This document shows, piece by piece, positions 10,902 to 20,404 of a DNA stretch of 32,000 nucleotides. Origin of the DNA: Candidatus Arthromitus sp. SFB-rat-Yit (GTDB lineage: Bacteria; Bacillota; Clostridia; Clostridiales; Clostridiaceae); the NCBI RefSeq assembly GCF_000283555.1, contig NC_016012.1:990001-1022000 (forward strand). The letters are read 5' to 3'. The position numbers and the translations under genes are program-made. The first letter of the stretch is position 1. Every line of letters starts with the position of its first letter. The notes below the pieces were generated by a model. That model was not told the origin of the DNA. It searched no databases and saw only the letters and a list, made by a program, of their open reading frames with translations.

Positions 10902-11390
10902 TCAAATATCAACAGCTACCTTATTGTTTAATATTTTGTGTTTCATATAAAAGGCTGTAGGAACTGAAATATCTAAATTTTTTGCAGCTTTCCTTATAGT
11001 ATTGTCGCTAGTTACTTCTTTTACACACATTTGAATTTTTTCAAACGGTAACTTCGCATTATGAAATATTGTATTTGTTGTATCCGAAAAAGTTTTTCTG
11101 CACTCTTTACATCTGAATCTTTCTTTTGTAACTCCATCCTTATATTTAGTATACTTTTGATGTCTTGATATAAATCTACTATCACAATAAGGACATCTTC
11201 TATTACTCTTGTCATTTATAATTTTTAATAAAGATATAATTTCTTTTCTGCTCAATATAATTTCGTCATTTGACTTAAAAATATTTATAAGTGCATTATA
11301 GTCAATCCTATCTGTGCTTTTAAGATAATTTATTATATCTTCCTTACTTTCAATTTTTATATCTATATCTGTAACTTTAATATTATCCAT
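10902..11390 (-). CDS. Transposase-type zinc-ribbon plus HTH protein (IS1595-like N-terminal region), no DDE catalytic domain
   Basis: CPYCDSRFISRHQKYTKYKDGVTKERFRCKECRKTFSDTTNTIFHNAKLPFEKI...KAAKNLDISVPTAFYMKHKIL matches the InsA/IS1595-like zinc-ribbon and HTH pattern. Start MDNIKV chosen because of the GGGGG tract upstream. Confidence 0.65.
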   Translation of the reverse strand: MDNIKVTDIDIKIESKEDIINYLKSTDRIDYNALINIFKSNDEIILSRKEIISLLKIINDKSNRRCPYCDSRFISRHQKYTKYKDGVTKERFRCKECRKTFSDTTNTIFHNAKLPFEKIQMCVKEVTSDNTIRKAAKNLDISVPTAFYMKHKILNNKVAVDI

Positions 11391-11457
11391 ATTAAATACC
11401 CCCGCAGTCATATTTATGTTGTGATTATTTCAATCTTAAAATTTTTTATACACAAAA

Positions 11458-11491
11458 AAAGCTTACTAAAAAAATTTTTTTAGTAAGCTAA
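11458..11491 (-). terminator. Terminator of the tandem subtilase gene
   Basis: agcttactaaaaaaatttttttagtaagct perfect inverted repeat. Confidence 0.75.
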
Positions 11492-11496
11492 AAATT

Positions 11497-14400
11497 TTAT
11501 CTTAAAACATCAAATACGTTTCTTATATTTAAAATTCCATATCCCCAATATCTATTTGGATATTCATAACCTTTTGGAGTTACAGCTGAACTCACAAGCA
11601 ACCACATTATAATAGTAGAATCTAAATTTAATTTATTTTTTCTTACAATTCCCCATTCTAAAATTAATGCGATACCTCCAGCAGCTACAGCTGCAGCAAC
11701 AGAACTTCCAGTCATAAAAATTTCCCTTCCACCTTTTCCTATGGTCAAAATATCTACGCCACCTGCAGCAAGAAGCGGTACAATTCTATTATCGAGTGTA
11801 AATCCCTGACCCGACTTTGTTACAATTGAAGTAAGGTTTTGATTATAATAAGCCATAGCAATGGCAAGGTGTGCTGAGCTTGGTTGAGTAACTGTACTAA
11901 TTGATGTTGAATTCAAAAACCTAGTATCTGGTTTTAAAAGTTCCTTAATCGGCAAATAGGCATCATACTTTAATTTTATATCATCTTTTGATACAATAAC
12001 TATCTGCCAAATTCCTGATTTCAAATTCACAAATGAAATCCCAACATATTGAATAATAGAAATAGATGTTTCTTTAATCTCACAAAATATTTTCATCTCT
12101 GTCTGCTCTAACAGAAATTTAAAATTATACTTATTATAAGTAACTCCCTTAACATCAAATTCTCTGGTTCTCTCACCTGAAGGAGAAATTATATAAAATG
12201 CTGCCTTTGCATAATATTCTATAAATATATCAATTTTTAAACGCGTTTGTCCTCTATCTGAAAAAAATTCTATAACTTCTTCTCCATTTTTTTTATCAAT
12301 TTGACCCTCAACATGTATTTCTTTGTTTGCCTGATCTCCACATGGAACTGAAACAATAAATCCTGAATTTTTCGAATACTCTGTAATTTGTTTTGAAATA
12401 AAGGATTCTCCAGTATGATATCCAGCATTAGATTGAACTGGCAATAAAACAGAAACTGGTTTATTATATTTAAATCTAATTGACCTCAAATACCTAAGTG
12501 CTAAATATATTACAACCTCATTATATATAGCTATATCTTTAGGAAAATCCAATACATCTCTTAAAGTATCATACACTTCTCTTAATTTCACAACAACTAT
12601 ATTACTTGCAGGTGCCGCTCCTCTAATCAAACCAACCCCAGAGGAACTTGTAATTCCAGCCATCGATGTTCCATGTCCATTTATATCTCTAGATGGAACA
12701 ATTGTATATGGATCTCCTCCGCTTTTTTTAAGCCTGATTGCAGAATCTATATCTTCCTTTGTATAAATTTTCCCAAAAAGAACATTAGGTTGATGTACAT
12801 CATCATCAATTGTTTGATCCCAAATTTCTAAAATCCTAGTTTGATCAAGCTCATCCATAAAATTTTCATTCAAATAATCAATTCCTGTATCTATTATTCC
12901 AATTATCACATCTCTTCCTGTTAAATCCAAATATTCATTACTTTGTGTTTGGTAAATTCCTGAATCTGATAATGGAGATATACTCTCACTACAGAGTGTA
13001 TAATAATAGGAAGCTTCAATATTTACTGATCCATCCGGAACATAATTTTCATATAACATATCTAATTTATTTATCGGGAATGATAATATTGATAGGTAAA
13101 CTTCTTCATTTTCCTCTTTTAAAGGATAAATACAATAATCTTTATCAGTAAAGTTCACATTATTTTGAACAGTCACTAAAAATTGTGCTCTACTATCATC
13201 GCTAAGATTATTAAGCGAACAAATATTAATATTCATGTCATCATATTTTAAAATATTTATATTTTCAAGTTGATCATAAGTTTGAATAGGGTTTATGATT
13301 TCTTGCTCCTCCAATTCTCTATTCTTGCCAAATTCATCCCTTCTTATATCGTATAAAATATTATCAACGCTATCCTCAATATCTATAAATGCCTTAGATC
13401 CACAAATAAATCCATATCCATAAGAATTATTCGGATAATCTATTCCCCTAACTCTATTTGCTCCCCTAACTAAAAAATATTTTATAACTTCTCCATACAA
13501 ATTGGGTTTATTTTTTTTAACAATTCCCCACTCCATCAAGAGTGCACATATTCCAGAAACGATTGGAGTCGAAAAACTTGTACCCGAAACCACATATTCT
13601 CTTCCACCAATTCCTATAACTCTAACGTTCTCTCCCGGAGCTAATACATCAGGCTTTAAATTATTTTTGTCGTCAATAGATCCCTTACCTGAGAAAATAG
13701 AAACACTTTCACGCCTATAGTTATAACTTCCAACAGAAATTACATTATATACAGTAGCAGGAGAACCTAAAGTATCATTATTATCAGGTTTCAAAAATCG
13801 AGTACTTCTACCAATAGACTCAGTTGTTGGCAACCACATATTGTAAGTACTCTCAAACTCATTATATAACTTAATGTTTATATTCCAGATTCCTTCCTCA
13901 ATAGTTGAATTTCTATATGCTCCAATACTAATTAAACATTCACCAAAAACATTATATCTTGTAGGACCGGTATACAAAACATCAACAACATCTGCTCCTA
14001 CTCGTGCACGCTGATTACCCTCAAACAATCTTATAGGACGACTTACTCCTGTAGAGGGTGAACTTATCGTTACAACCACATCAGACAGAACTCCTTTATA
14101 TAATGAAACTATAACAAGCTCATGATTACCTGAAATTTCAATTCCAACATCTTCTCCATCTTGAACAATAGTTCCACTTTTGTGATGTGCTGCACCTCCT
14201 TCATTACCAGCAGACACTACAACAGTAGTATTTTCTCTCGTAGCAAAATTTCTTACATATTCTGCAAATAAACTTGTCCCAGTATGAGCTCCATAGTTAG
14301 TACTAAAACTTAAATTTACAACTAATGGGAACTTCTCTTCATCTTGTTTTTTTGCTAAAAAATCGAGTCCCATCATAATAGTGTGAAAAAGTACAATAGT

Positions 14401-15075
14401 TGAATCAATATTTGTTGTACTATTTACACTAATTATAGATGCTCTAGGTGCTACACCATATGAATTAATATTTATATTTCCTCCAGCACAAGCAAGAGAT
14501 GCAACTTCTGTTCCATGACCTTTATAGTCACGCTCACTAATAACGCTAAAAGGATCTTCACTTCTAAGTGCCTCATTTATTTGATCCGAATTATAAAGAT
14601 CTCCTGTTGTAGCGTTATACATATATTTAATTCTTGTTGTTCCATCCTCATTTCTAAAAGCATTGATAGTATAATCAATGCCCGAATCTATAAATGCAAT
14701 AACAACATCTGATCCATATAATTTTTGAGAATTATTAAGATCAGTAACACAGGAATTAAAATTAGAATTTGAATCATTTAATACAATTGGATATGAAAAA
14801 TCAAAATAAATTTCATTTTTAAAATCATTAAAAATTTCATTTACTATATCAAGCTCACCAATATTTAAATGAATAATACCAAAATTACCTTTTAAAGGAT
14901 ATTGTTCAATCTCCAAATCTTTTAAATAATTTTCAAAATCAACTTCACCTAAGTAACTATAAATTATCGGCACTTTATCATTATGTTTAAACTTATCATG
15001 CACAATTGTTTTATAAAGTTTTGATCTATTATAAATAGATTTTTCTTTTAAAACTAATTTTAAAATTTCACTCAT
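11497..15075 (-). CDS. Tandem S8 subtilisin-like serine protease, Csp (germination protease)-like
   Basis: Domain 1: AFIDSGID, GHGTEVASLACA, SGTSFSTPIVSG. Domain 2: IGIIDTGID, NGHGTSMAGITSS, TGSSVAAAVAAG. No signal peptide. Confidence 0.9.
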   Translation of the reverse strand: MSEILKLVLKEKSIYNRSKLYKTIVHDKFKHNDKVPIIYSYLGEVDFENYLKDLEIEQYPLKGNFGIIHLNIGELDIVNEIFNDFKNEIYFDFSYPIVLNDSNSNFNSCVTDLNNSQKLYGSDVVIAFIDSGIDYTINAFRNEDGTTRIKYMYNATTGDLYNSDQINEALRSEDPFSVISERDYKGHGTEVASLACAGGNININSYGVAPRASIISVNSTTNIDSTIVLFHTIMMGLDFLAKKQDEEKFPLVVNLSFSTNYGAHTGTSLFAEYVRNFATRENTTVVVSAGNEGGAAHHKSGTIVQDGEDVGIEISGNHELVIVSLYKGVLSDVVVTISSPSTGVSRPIRLFEGNQRARVGADVVDVLYTGPTRYNVFGECLISIGAYRNSTIEEGIWNINIKLYNEFESTYNMWLPTTESIGRSTRFLKPDNNDTLGSPATVYNVISVGSYNYRRESVSIFSGKGSIDDKNNLKPDVLAPGENVRVIGIGGREYVVSGTSFSTPIVSGICALLMEWGIVKKNKPNLYGEVIKYFLVRGANRVRGIDYPNNSYGYGFICGSKAFIDIEDSVDNILYDIRRDEFGKNRELEEQEIINPIQTYDQLENINILKYDDMNINICSLNNLSDDSRAQFLVTVQNNVNFTDKDYCIYPLKEENEEVYLSILSFPINKLDMLYENYVPDGSVNIEASYYYTLCSESISPLSDSGIYQTQSNEYLDLTGRDVIIGIIDTGIDYLNENFMDELDQTRILEIWDQTIDDDVHQPNVLFGKIYTKEDIDSAIRLKKSGGDPYTIVPSRDINGHGTSMAGITSSSGVGLIRGAAPASNIVVVKLREVYDTLRDVLDFPKDIAIYNEVVIYLALRYLRSIRFKYNKPVSVLLPVQSNAGYHTGESFISKQITEYSKNSGFIVSVPCGDQANKEIHVEGQIDKKNGEEVIEFFSDRGQTRLKIDIFIEYYAKAAFYIISPSGERTREFDVKGVTYNKYNFKFLLEQTEMKIFCEIKETSISIIQYVGISFVNLKSGIWQIVIVSKDDIKLKYDAYLPIKELLKPDTRFLNSTSISTVTQPSSAHLAIAMAYYNQNLTSIVTKSGQGFTLDNRIVPLLAAGGVDILTIGKGGREIFMTGSSVAAAVAAGGIALILEWGIVRKNKLNLDSTIIMWLLVSSAVTPKGYEYPNRYWGYGILNIRNVFDVLR

Positions 15076-15199
15076 TTACTACCTATTTTAAAAAATTATT
15101 CTATAATAAACTATATTTTTAAATACTAATAGTTGATTGATATCAAAAATATTTTTTGCTAGAATTATATGGAAAGTAATAATTTTTGGAGGTATTGTT

Positions 15200-17026
15200 A
15201 TGTGCGGTATAATTGGATATACAGGATCAAAAAATGCCTTACCTATATTGATTCATGGACTTAAAAAACTTGAATATAGGGGATATGATTCAGCAGGAAT
15301 AGCCTTATTATCTCAAGGATCTATATTTATCGAAAAGTCAAAAGGCAACATCTCAAATTTAGAAAGAAAGTTATCTAACATAAAACTAACAAGCAATATC
15401 GGAATAGGGCATACAAGATGGGCAACTCACGGTGAACCCTCAGATATAAATGCTCATCCGCACACAAATTCAATAAATACAATTGCAATAGTACACAATG
15501 GAATAATTGAAAACTACATTGAACTTAAAGAGTTATTGGAAAAAAATTTTAATATTAAATTAAAATCAGAAACAGACACAGAGGTTATAGCACATTTAAT
15601 AGATCATCTATGGAATGGGAATTTATTAAGTACACTCTATAAAGTCACTCAAAAATTAACTGGATCATATGCTCTGAGTGTAATTGCAAAAGATGATCCT
15701 AACAAAATAATAGCTGTAAGAAAAGACAGCCCACTCATAGTTGGTGTTGGTGAAAATGAAAATTTCATAGCATCAGATATACCTGCAATTTTAAAATACA
15801 CCAAAAATGTAATATTAATTGAAAATAATGAATTTGTAGAGATTACAAAAGATTACATAAATATATACGATGAGTCTGGAAATTCTATTGAAAGAGAATC
15901 CATTGAAATCACATGGCAAGTTGAAGAAGCTGAGAAAGAAAATTTTGATCATTTCACACTTAAAGAAATTCATGAACAACCAAAGACACTGAAAAACATA
16001 TTAAATCACAATATAATTAAAAATAAATTAAATATTCAAAACCTAAATATAACAGAGGAAGAACTGAGAAATTTTAATAAATTTTACATTGTCGGATGTG
16101 GTACAGCCTATAATGCAGGGTTAATCGGAAAATATATTTTTAGAAAATTTGTAGGAATAGATATTATATGTGAAATAGCCTCAGAATTCAGATACAACGA
16201 TCCAATAATTGATGACAAAACTTTAGTTATTTGTATTTCACAGTCAGGTGAAACTTTAGATACGATTCAGAGTATAAGACTTGCAAAAGAAAAGGGAGCA
16301 AAGATATTAAGCATAGTTAACATTATCGGATCTTCAATAACTCGTGAATCGGATTATATATTCTATACAATCGGTGGACCTGAAATAGGAGTTGCATCAA
16401 CAAAAATTTTCACATGCCAATTACTTGCTTTAAATCTTATTGCACTAGAGTTTGGAAAGTTGTTGAAATTTTTAAACGATAACCAAATTGAAAAATTTTT
16501 AAAAGAGCTTCAAACAATTCCAGAAAAAGCCCAGACAATACTAGATAATACTCAAAAAATTAAAGACATTGCACATAAACAATTCCAAAATGAAAATATT
16601 TTTTATATGGGACGAACTCTAGATATGGATATTTCATTTGAGGCAAGTCTTAAACTCAAAGAAATTTCATATATAAATTCTTTTGCAATAGGTGCTGGAG
16701 AATTAAAACATGGAACAATAGCACTCGTTAATGATAAAACCTTTGTTGTTGCTCTCTCGACTCAAGACAAATTAATAGAAAAAATGATGGCCAATACAAA
16801 AGAAGTTAAAGCACGTGGAGCAAAAGTTTTAGCTATTACAAAAGAAACTTTAAAGTTCCCAAATGATTGTTGCGACGAACTTATATTAATACCTAATACA
16901 TTAGATATTTTTACTCCACTATTATCTATAATTCCATTGCAGCTTTTTGCTTATTATGTTTCAACATTTAGAGGTAACGACGTTGACAAGCCTCGCAATC
17001 TTGCAAAATCTGTAACAGTTGAATAA
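15200..17026 (+). CDS. glmS: Glutamine--fructose-6-phosphate aminotransferase (isomerizing)
   Basis: MCGIIGYTGSKNALPILIHGLKKLEYRGYDSAG (N-terminal Cys nucleophile), SGETLDT, C-terminal AKSVTVE. ATG at 15200 preceded by TTGGAGG; track start 15137 is too far upstream. Confidence 0.98.
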   Translation: MCGIIGYTGSKNALPILIHGLKKLEYRGYDSAGIALLSQGSIFIEKSKGNISNLERKLSNIKLTSNIGIGHTRWATHGEPSDINAHPHTNSINTIAIVHNGIIENYIELKELLEKNFNIKLKSETDTEVIAHLIDHLWNGNLLSTLYKVTQKLTGSYALSVIAKDDPNKIIAVRKDSPLIVGVGENENFIASDIPAILKYTKNVILIENNEFVEITKDYINIYDESGNSIERESIEITWQVEEAEKENFDHFTLKEIHEQPKTLKNILNHNIIKNKLNIQNLNITEEELRNFNKFYIVGCGTAYNAGLIGKYIFRKFVGIDIICEIASEFRYNDPIIDDKTLVICISQSGETLDTIQSIRLAKEKGAKILSIVNIIGSSITRESDYIFYTIGGPEIGVASTKIFTCQLLALNLIALEFGKLLKFLNDNQIEKFLKELQTIPEKAQTILDNTQKIKDIAHKQFQNENIFYMGRTLDMDISFEASLKLKEISYINSFAIGAGELKHGTIALVNDKTFVVALSTQDKLIEKMMANTKEVKARGAKVLAITKETLKFPNDCCDELILIPNTLDIFTPLLSIIPLQLFAYYVSTFRGNDVDKPRNLAKSVTVE

Positions 17027-17056
17027 AAGGCTACTAGTTAACTAGTAGCCTTTTAT
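17025..17056. terminator. Bidirectional terminator between convergent glmS and DUF4214 gene
   Basis: aaaaggctactagttaactagtagcctttt perfect palindrome. Confidence 0.9.
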
Positions 17057-18406
17057 TTAAGCAATTTTCTTTAATGATCCCTTTAAATTTTTAACTATAT
17101 TTTTAAATTCATTTTCATTAACCATAGTTTCAGCAACAACTCTTAAGGCAAATTCATTAGAGCATCCCTTGGAAACAATCGTATCATACTTACTAACCCA
17201 ATATCTTAACCCCTCATTATCAGACTCTCTGTTAACGATAACTTTATAAAGTCCCTCAATTTTTGATTCAGTTGTTGATCTTAATGTTAAAAATTCCTCT
17301 TCAGATAATAAATTTATCACAAAATTTTCAAAACTAACTTTTCCACTAGATAAGCTATCAATCCAAAATTTAAATCCTTTTTCATCTGGATTTCTATTTA
17401 AAGAATTAAAATATACAGATCTTACAAAATTATTAATGTCGCTTGTTTCTTGAAGAGTTTTAAATGGTGCAACGTTTAAAACTATCCTATTTCCATCTTT
17501 TGAATCAAAATATATTTTTAAATCTGAATACTTCTTTGATGGAACTAAATTACTAACAGTCAATTTACCATTTAAAAATTTTATATCTAAGCCTTCTATA
17601 TTACTTTTAAAATCCGTTACTCCTATTGCAAATTTTTTAATATCATCATTTAAATTTAAATCAATTTTAATATCTTCAATATTTGAATTGTTTATATCAT
17701 CACTCGTTAGTGTATAATATAAAATTTTTGAATTTGATGATCCTTGATTTTCATTTTTATCGGATTGAAGCGTTTTGAACATACCATTATCTACAACTTT
17801 CTCAATATTTTCACTTTTAGTTACGATATCATAAGTATAATTTAAATTTTCTCTTAACCCTGTAAGATTTAAAACCAAATTATCTCTCTTAGGTAATTCA
17901 GCAGTTTTAAATACTTTCCCATCAAGTTTCAAAACTAAATAAAGAGGATAATATTCGTTTGGCAAATTATTTTCTAAAATCTTAATTTTCACATTGTCCG
18001 TTCCTTCAAACTCAACTTGTGTTTTAATCTTAAGAGTACTTGCCTCAATTGACGGAGAAAATATTGTATTCTTAGAACTACCTTCACCATATGAGCAAGA
18101 AACATATAAATTGTAATTCTTTGATTGATCTAAATTTTTAATTTCTGTAGCAAATTGCCCTCTTCTATTTAAAGTTAATTTTTCGCTTTCATAAACCTTA
18201 TTATTGTTTTCATCTAAAGCCAAAACACGTAAATCTCCATCACTAAATTTTGGATCAACGTTTCCAGTAAATGAAATTGAGTTTCTATGGCTTATCATAT
18301 TTACATTTTGAACAACCATTACTTGTGATGCACTTGCAGAAGTTGCAGATACCCCACATACTAAGATAGGAAATGATGAAAGTAAAGCAGACAATTTTTT
18401 ATACAT
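17057..18406 (-). CDS. Exported Fn3-like / C-terminal DUF4214-like protein
   Basis: Signal peptide MYKKLSALLSSFPILVCGVSATSASA; C-terminal VRSVYFNSLNRNPDEKGFKFWIDSL and LYKVIVNRESDNEGLRYWVSK; start with AAGGAGAAAATTT upstream. Confidence 0.85.
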   Translation of the reverse strand: MYKKLSALLSSFPILVCGVSATSASASQVMVVQNVNMISHRNSISFTGNVDPKFSDGDLRVLALDENNNKVYESEKLTLNRRGQFATEIKNLDQSKNYNLYVSCSYGEGSSKNTIFSPSIEASTLKIKTQVEFEGTDNVKIKILENNLPNEYYPLYLVLKLDGKVFKTAELPKRDNLVLNLTGLRENLNYTYDIVTKSENIEKVVDNGMFKTLQSDKNENQGSSNSKILYYTLTSDDINNSNIEDIKIDLNLNDDIKKFAIGVTDFKSNIEGLDIKFLNGKLTVSNLVPSKKYSDLKIYFDSKDGNRIVLNVAPFKTLQETSDINNFVRSVYFNSLNRNPDEKGFKFWIDSLSSGKVSFENFVINLLSEEEFLTLRSTTESKIEGLYKVIVNRESDNEGLRYWVSKYDTIVSKGCSNEFALRVVAETMVNENEFKNIVKNLKGSLKKIA

Positions 18407-18454
18407 AAATTTTCTCCTTAGATTACAATTCATTTAAATCTTTATCTTAATATT

Positions 18455-18483
18455 ATTTTAACAATTATGTAATAAATTTGCAA
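18455..18483 (-). promoter_or_regulatory. Sigma-A-like promoter upstream of 17057-18406
   Basis: Reverse strand TTGCAA - 17 nt - TAAAAT; same architecture conserved upstream of the neighbouring paralog. Confidence 0.6.
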
Positions 18484-18510
18484 CTATTTTTTTAAATATT
18501 TTAAAAAATA

Positions 18511-18539
18511 AAAAGCTCACCAATTAATGGTAAGCTTTC
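18511..18539 (-). terminator. Terminator of 18551-20269
   Basis: aaaagctcaccaattaatggtaagcttt hairpin. Confidence 0.6.
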
Positions 18540-18550
18540 AATTAATTAAA

Positions 18551-20269
18551 TTAAATACCTAAATCTTTAAGTCTAGCTTGGAATTCTGATTCACTAATCA
18601 TTTCATTAGCTATTGACGTTAAAGCTGATGAATCAGACTGATTACTTCTCTTAAGATCTTCAAATTTATCTGTCCAATATTTTAAACCTACAGCGTCAGA
18701 ATTTCTATTAACTATTACTTTATATAAAGCGTCTATTTTTGCACTAGTTGTAGTATTTAAAATTGAAAATTCTTTCTCTGATAATAAATTCATAATAAAA
18801 TTCTCAGGTGATATAACTTTTTTTATTAATTGGTTTTCCCAATAAGAAAATCCTTTTTCATCAGGTTGTCTATTTAAAGAATATTTGTAAACATCAATTA
18901 TAAATTGTCTTACTTTAGATTCGCTAGATTTAGTTGTAAATGATGCAACCGTTACTCTTCTACTAGTTCCACTCTTATCAGTGTAAGATATAGTTAAATT
19001 TCCATAATGTCTTCCAGGAATTAATCCTACTAACTCTATATTTCCATTTCTATATGTTACAGTAACATCATTAATACTAGTAGAAAAATTTCTACCCTCA
19101 TTCATACTGCTAACCAAACTTGTATTTGAAACTGGTATAATTGCTGTAGTATCTTTTATTGTTGCTCTGTTTATATCAGCTTCCTTAATTTCATAAATGT
19201 TTGATGAAATTGAACTATTGTTATTTGAACTTCCACTAGACGATGATGATGAAGTTAATGTTCTAAATGATCCTCTATATAAAGAGCTTTTATTTGATTC
19301 ATTAATTATTTCATAATAATAGTCAGTATTTGGGTTAAGATTTGTTAATCTAAACTTTCTTGAACGCCATGCATCTTCAGCATAATTACCAATATATGTA
19401 CCATTATAATAATCTCTATACAAATACAATCTTAATGAATCATTAAGATTCGTACGCACTTCTATATTAGCTGAATTATACGTTCTATCTAAAACTGACA
19501 CATTTATACTATAATTTGGCGAATATGAATTAGATAATGTTCTAAATGATCCTCTATATAAAGATCTGTTATCTGATTCACTAACTATTTCATAATAATA
19601 ATCCGTATTTTGGTTAAGATTTATTAATCTAAATCTTCCTGAAAGCCATGAGTCTTCACTATAATTACCAACATAAGTACCATTATAATAATCTCTATAC
19701 AAATACAATCTTAATGAATCATTAACATTTGTACGTACTTCTATATTGGCTGAATCAGTAGTCCTATCTACAACTGACACACTTATACTGGAATTTGATG
19801 AAGATGAAGAAGATGATGATGATAAAGGTAACGTTCTAAATGTTCCACTATATACAAGTCGATCTGATTCATCAAATATTTTATAAGTATAATCTGTTTC
19901 TGGAGTAAGACCCGATAATCTAAACTCTCTTGATCCCATTGAAGATTCATTATAACTATAAATTTTAACATCATCATAATCTCTGTATAAATCTAAAGTA
20001 AACGAATCAGTGGAATTAGTATATATATCCACAATAGCTGAACTAGTAGTCTTGTCTACAACTGATGCACTTACATTTACAATAGGATCAAACTCAATAA
20101 CTTCATCTCCTATTCCGCCGTTAATAGTTATGTCATACTTTGGAACTATAATTTTCGATGTTGTATCTGCTGTATCCTTTGTAGTTTGAGATGATATAGC
20201 AAAAGCTGTAACAGTCCCACATACTGAAATAGACAATGATAAAATCAAGGTAAGTAATTTTTTATACAT
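18551..20269 (-). CDS. Exported protein with three Fn3-like tandem repeats and C-terminal DUF4214-like module
   Basis: Signal peptide MYKKLLTLILSLSISVCGTVTAFA; repeats with TDYYYEI...SLYRGSFRTL; C-terminal VYKYSLNRQPDEKGFSYWENQL and LYKVIVNRNSDAVGLKYWTDKF. Confidence 0.88.
   Translation of the reverse strand: MYKKLLTLILSLSISVCGTVTAFAISSQTTKDTADTTSKIIVPKYDITINGGIGDEVIEFDPIVNVSASVVDKTTSSAIVDIYTNSTDSFTLDLYRDYDDVKIYSYNESSMGSREFRLSGLTPETDYTYKIFDESDRLVYSGTFRTLPLSSSSSSSSSNSSISVSVVDRTTDSANIEVRTNVNDSLRLYLYRDYYNGTYVGNYSEDSWLSGRFRLINLNQNTDYYYEIVSESDNRSLYRGSFRTLSNSYSPNYSINVSVLDRTYNSANIEVRTNLNDSLRLYLYRDYYNGTYIGNYAEDAWRSRKFRLTNLNPNTDYYYEIINESNKSSLYRGSFRTLTSSSSSSGSSNNNSSISSNIYEIKEADINRATIKDTTAIIPVSNTSLVSSMNEGRNFSTSINDVTVTYRNGNIELVGLIPGRHYGNLTISYTDKSGTSRRVTVASFTTKSSESKVRQFIIDVYKYSLNRQPDEKGFSYWENQLIKKVISPENFIMNLLSEKEFSILNTTTSAKIDALYKVIVNRNSDAVGLKYWTDKFEDLKRSNQSDSSALTSIANEMISESEFQARLKDLGI
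19259..20080 (-). repeat. Three tandem Fn3-like repeats (about 84 aa each), the last two nearly identical
   Basis: Units at 19829-20080, 19535-19786 and 19259-19510. SANIEVRTNVNDSLRLYLYRDYYNGTYVGNYSEDSW versus SANIEVRTNLNDSLRLYLYRDYYNGTYIGNYAEDAW. Confidence 0.9.
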
Positions 20270-20317
20270 AAATTTTCTCCTTAGATTACAATTCATTTAA
20301 ATATTTGTCTTAATATT

Positions 20318-20346
20318 ATTTAAACAATCATGTAACAATTTTACAA
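20318..20346 (-). promoter_or_regulatory. Sigma-A-like promoter upstream of 18551-20269
   Basis: Reverse strand TTGTAA - 17 nt - TTAAAT. Confidence 0.55.
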
Positions 20347-20376
20347 CTATTTTTTAAAAATTTTCTAAAAAAATAT

Positions 20377-20401
20377 AAAGCCTACCATAAAGGTAAGCTT
20401 T
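20377..20401 (-). terminator. Terminator of 20405-22588
   Basis: aaagcctaccataaaggtaagcttt hairpin. Confidence 0.55.
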
Positions 20402-20404
20402 AAA

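Noticed and set aside
15076-15199. Possible glmS ribozyme/riboswitch upstream of glmS
   Set aside because: Only about 120 nt separates the subtilase start from the glmS ATG, and I see no conserved glmS ribozyme core. Absence should be confirmed with Infernal (RF00234).
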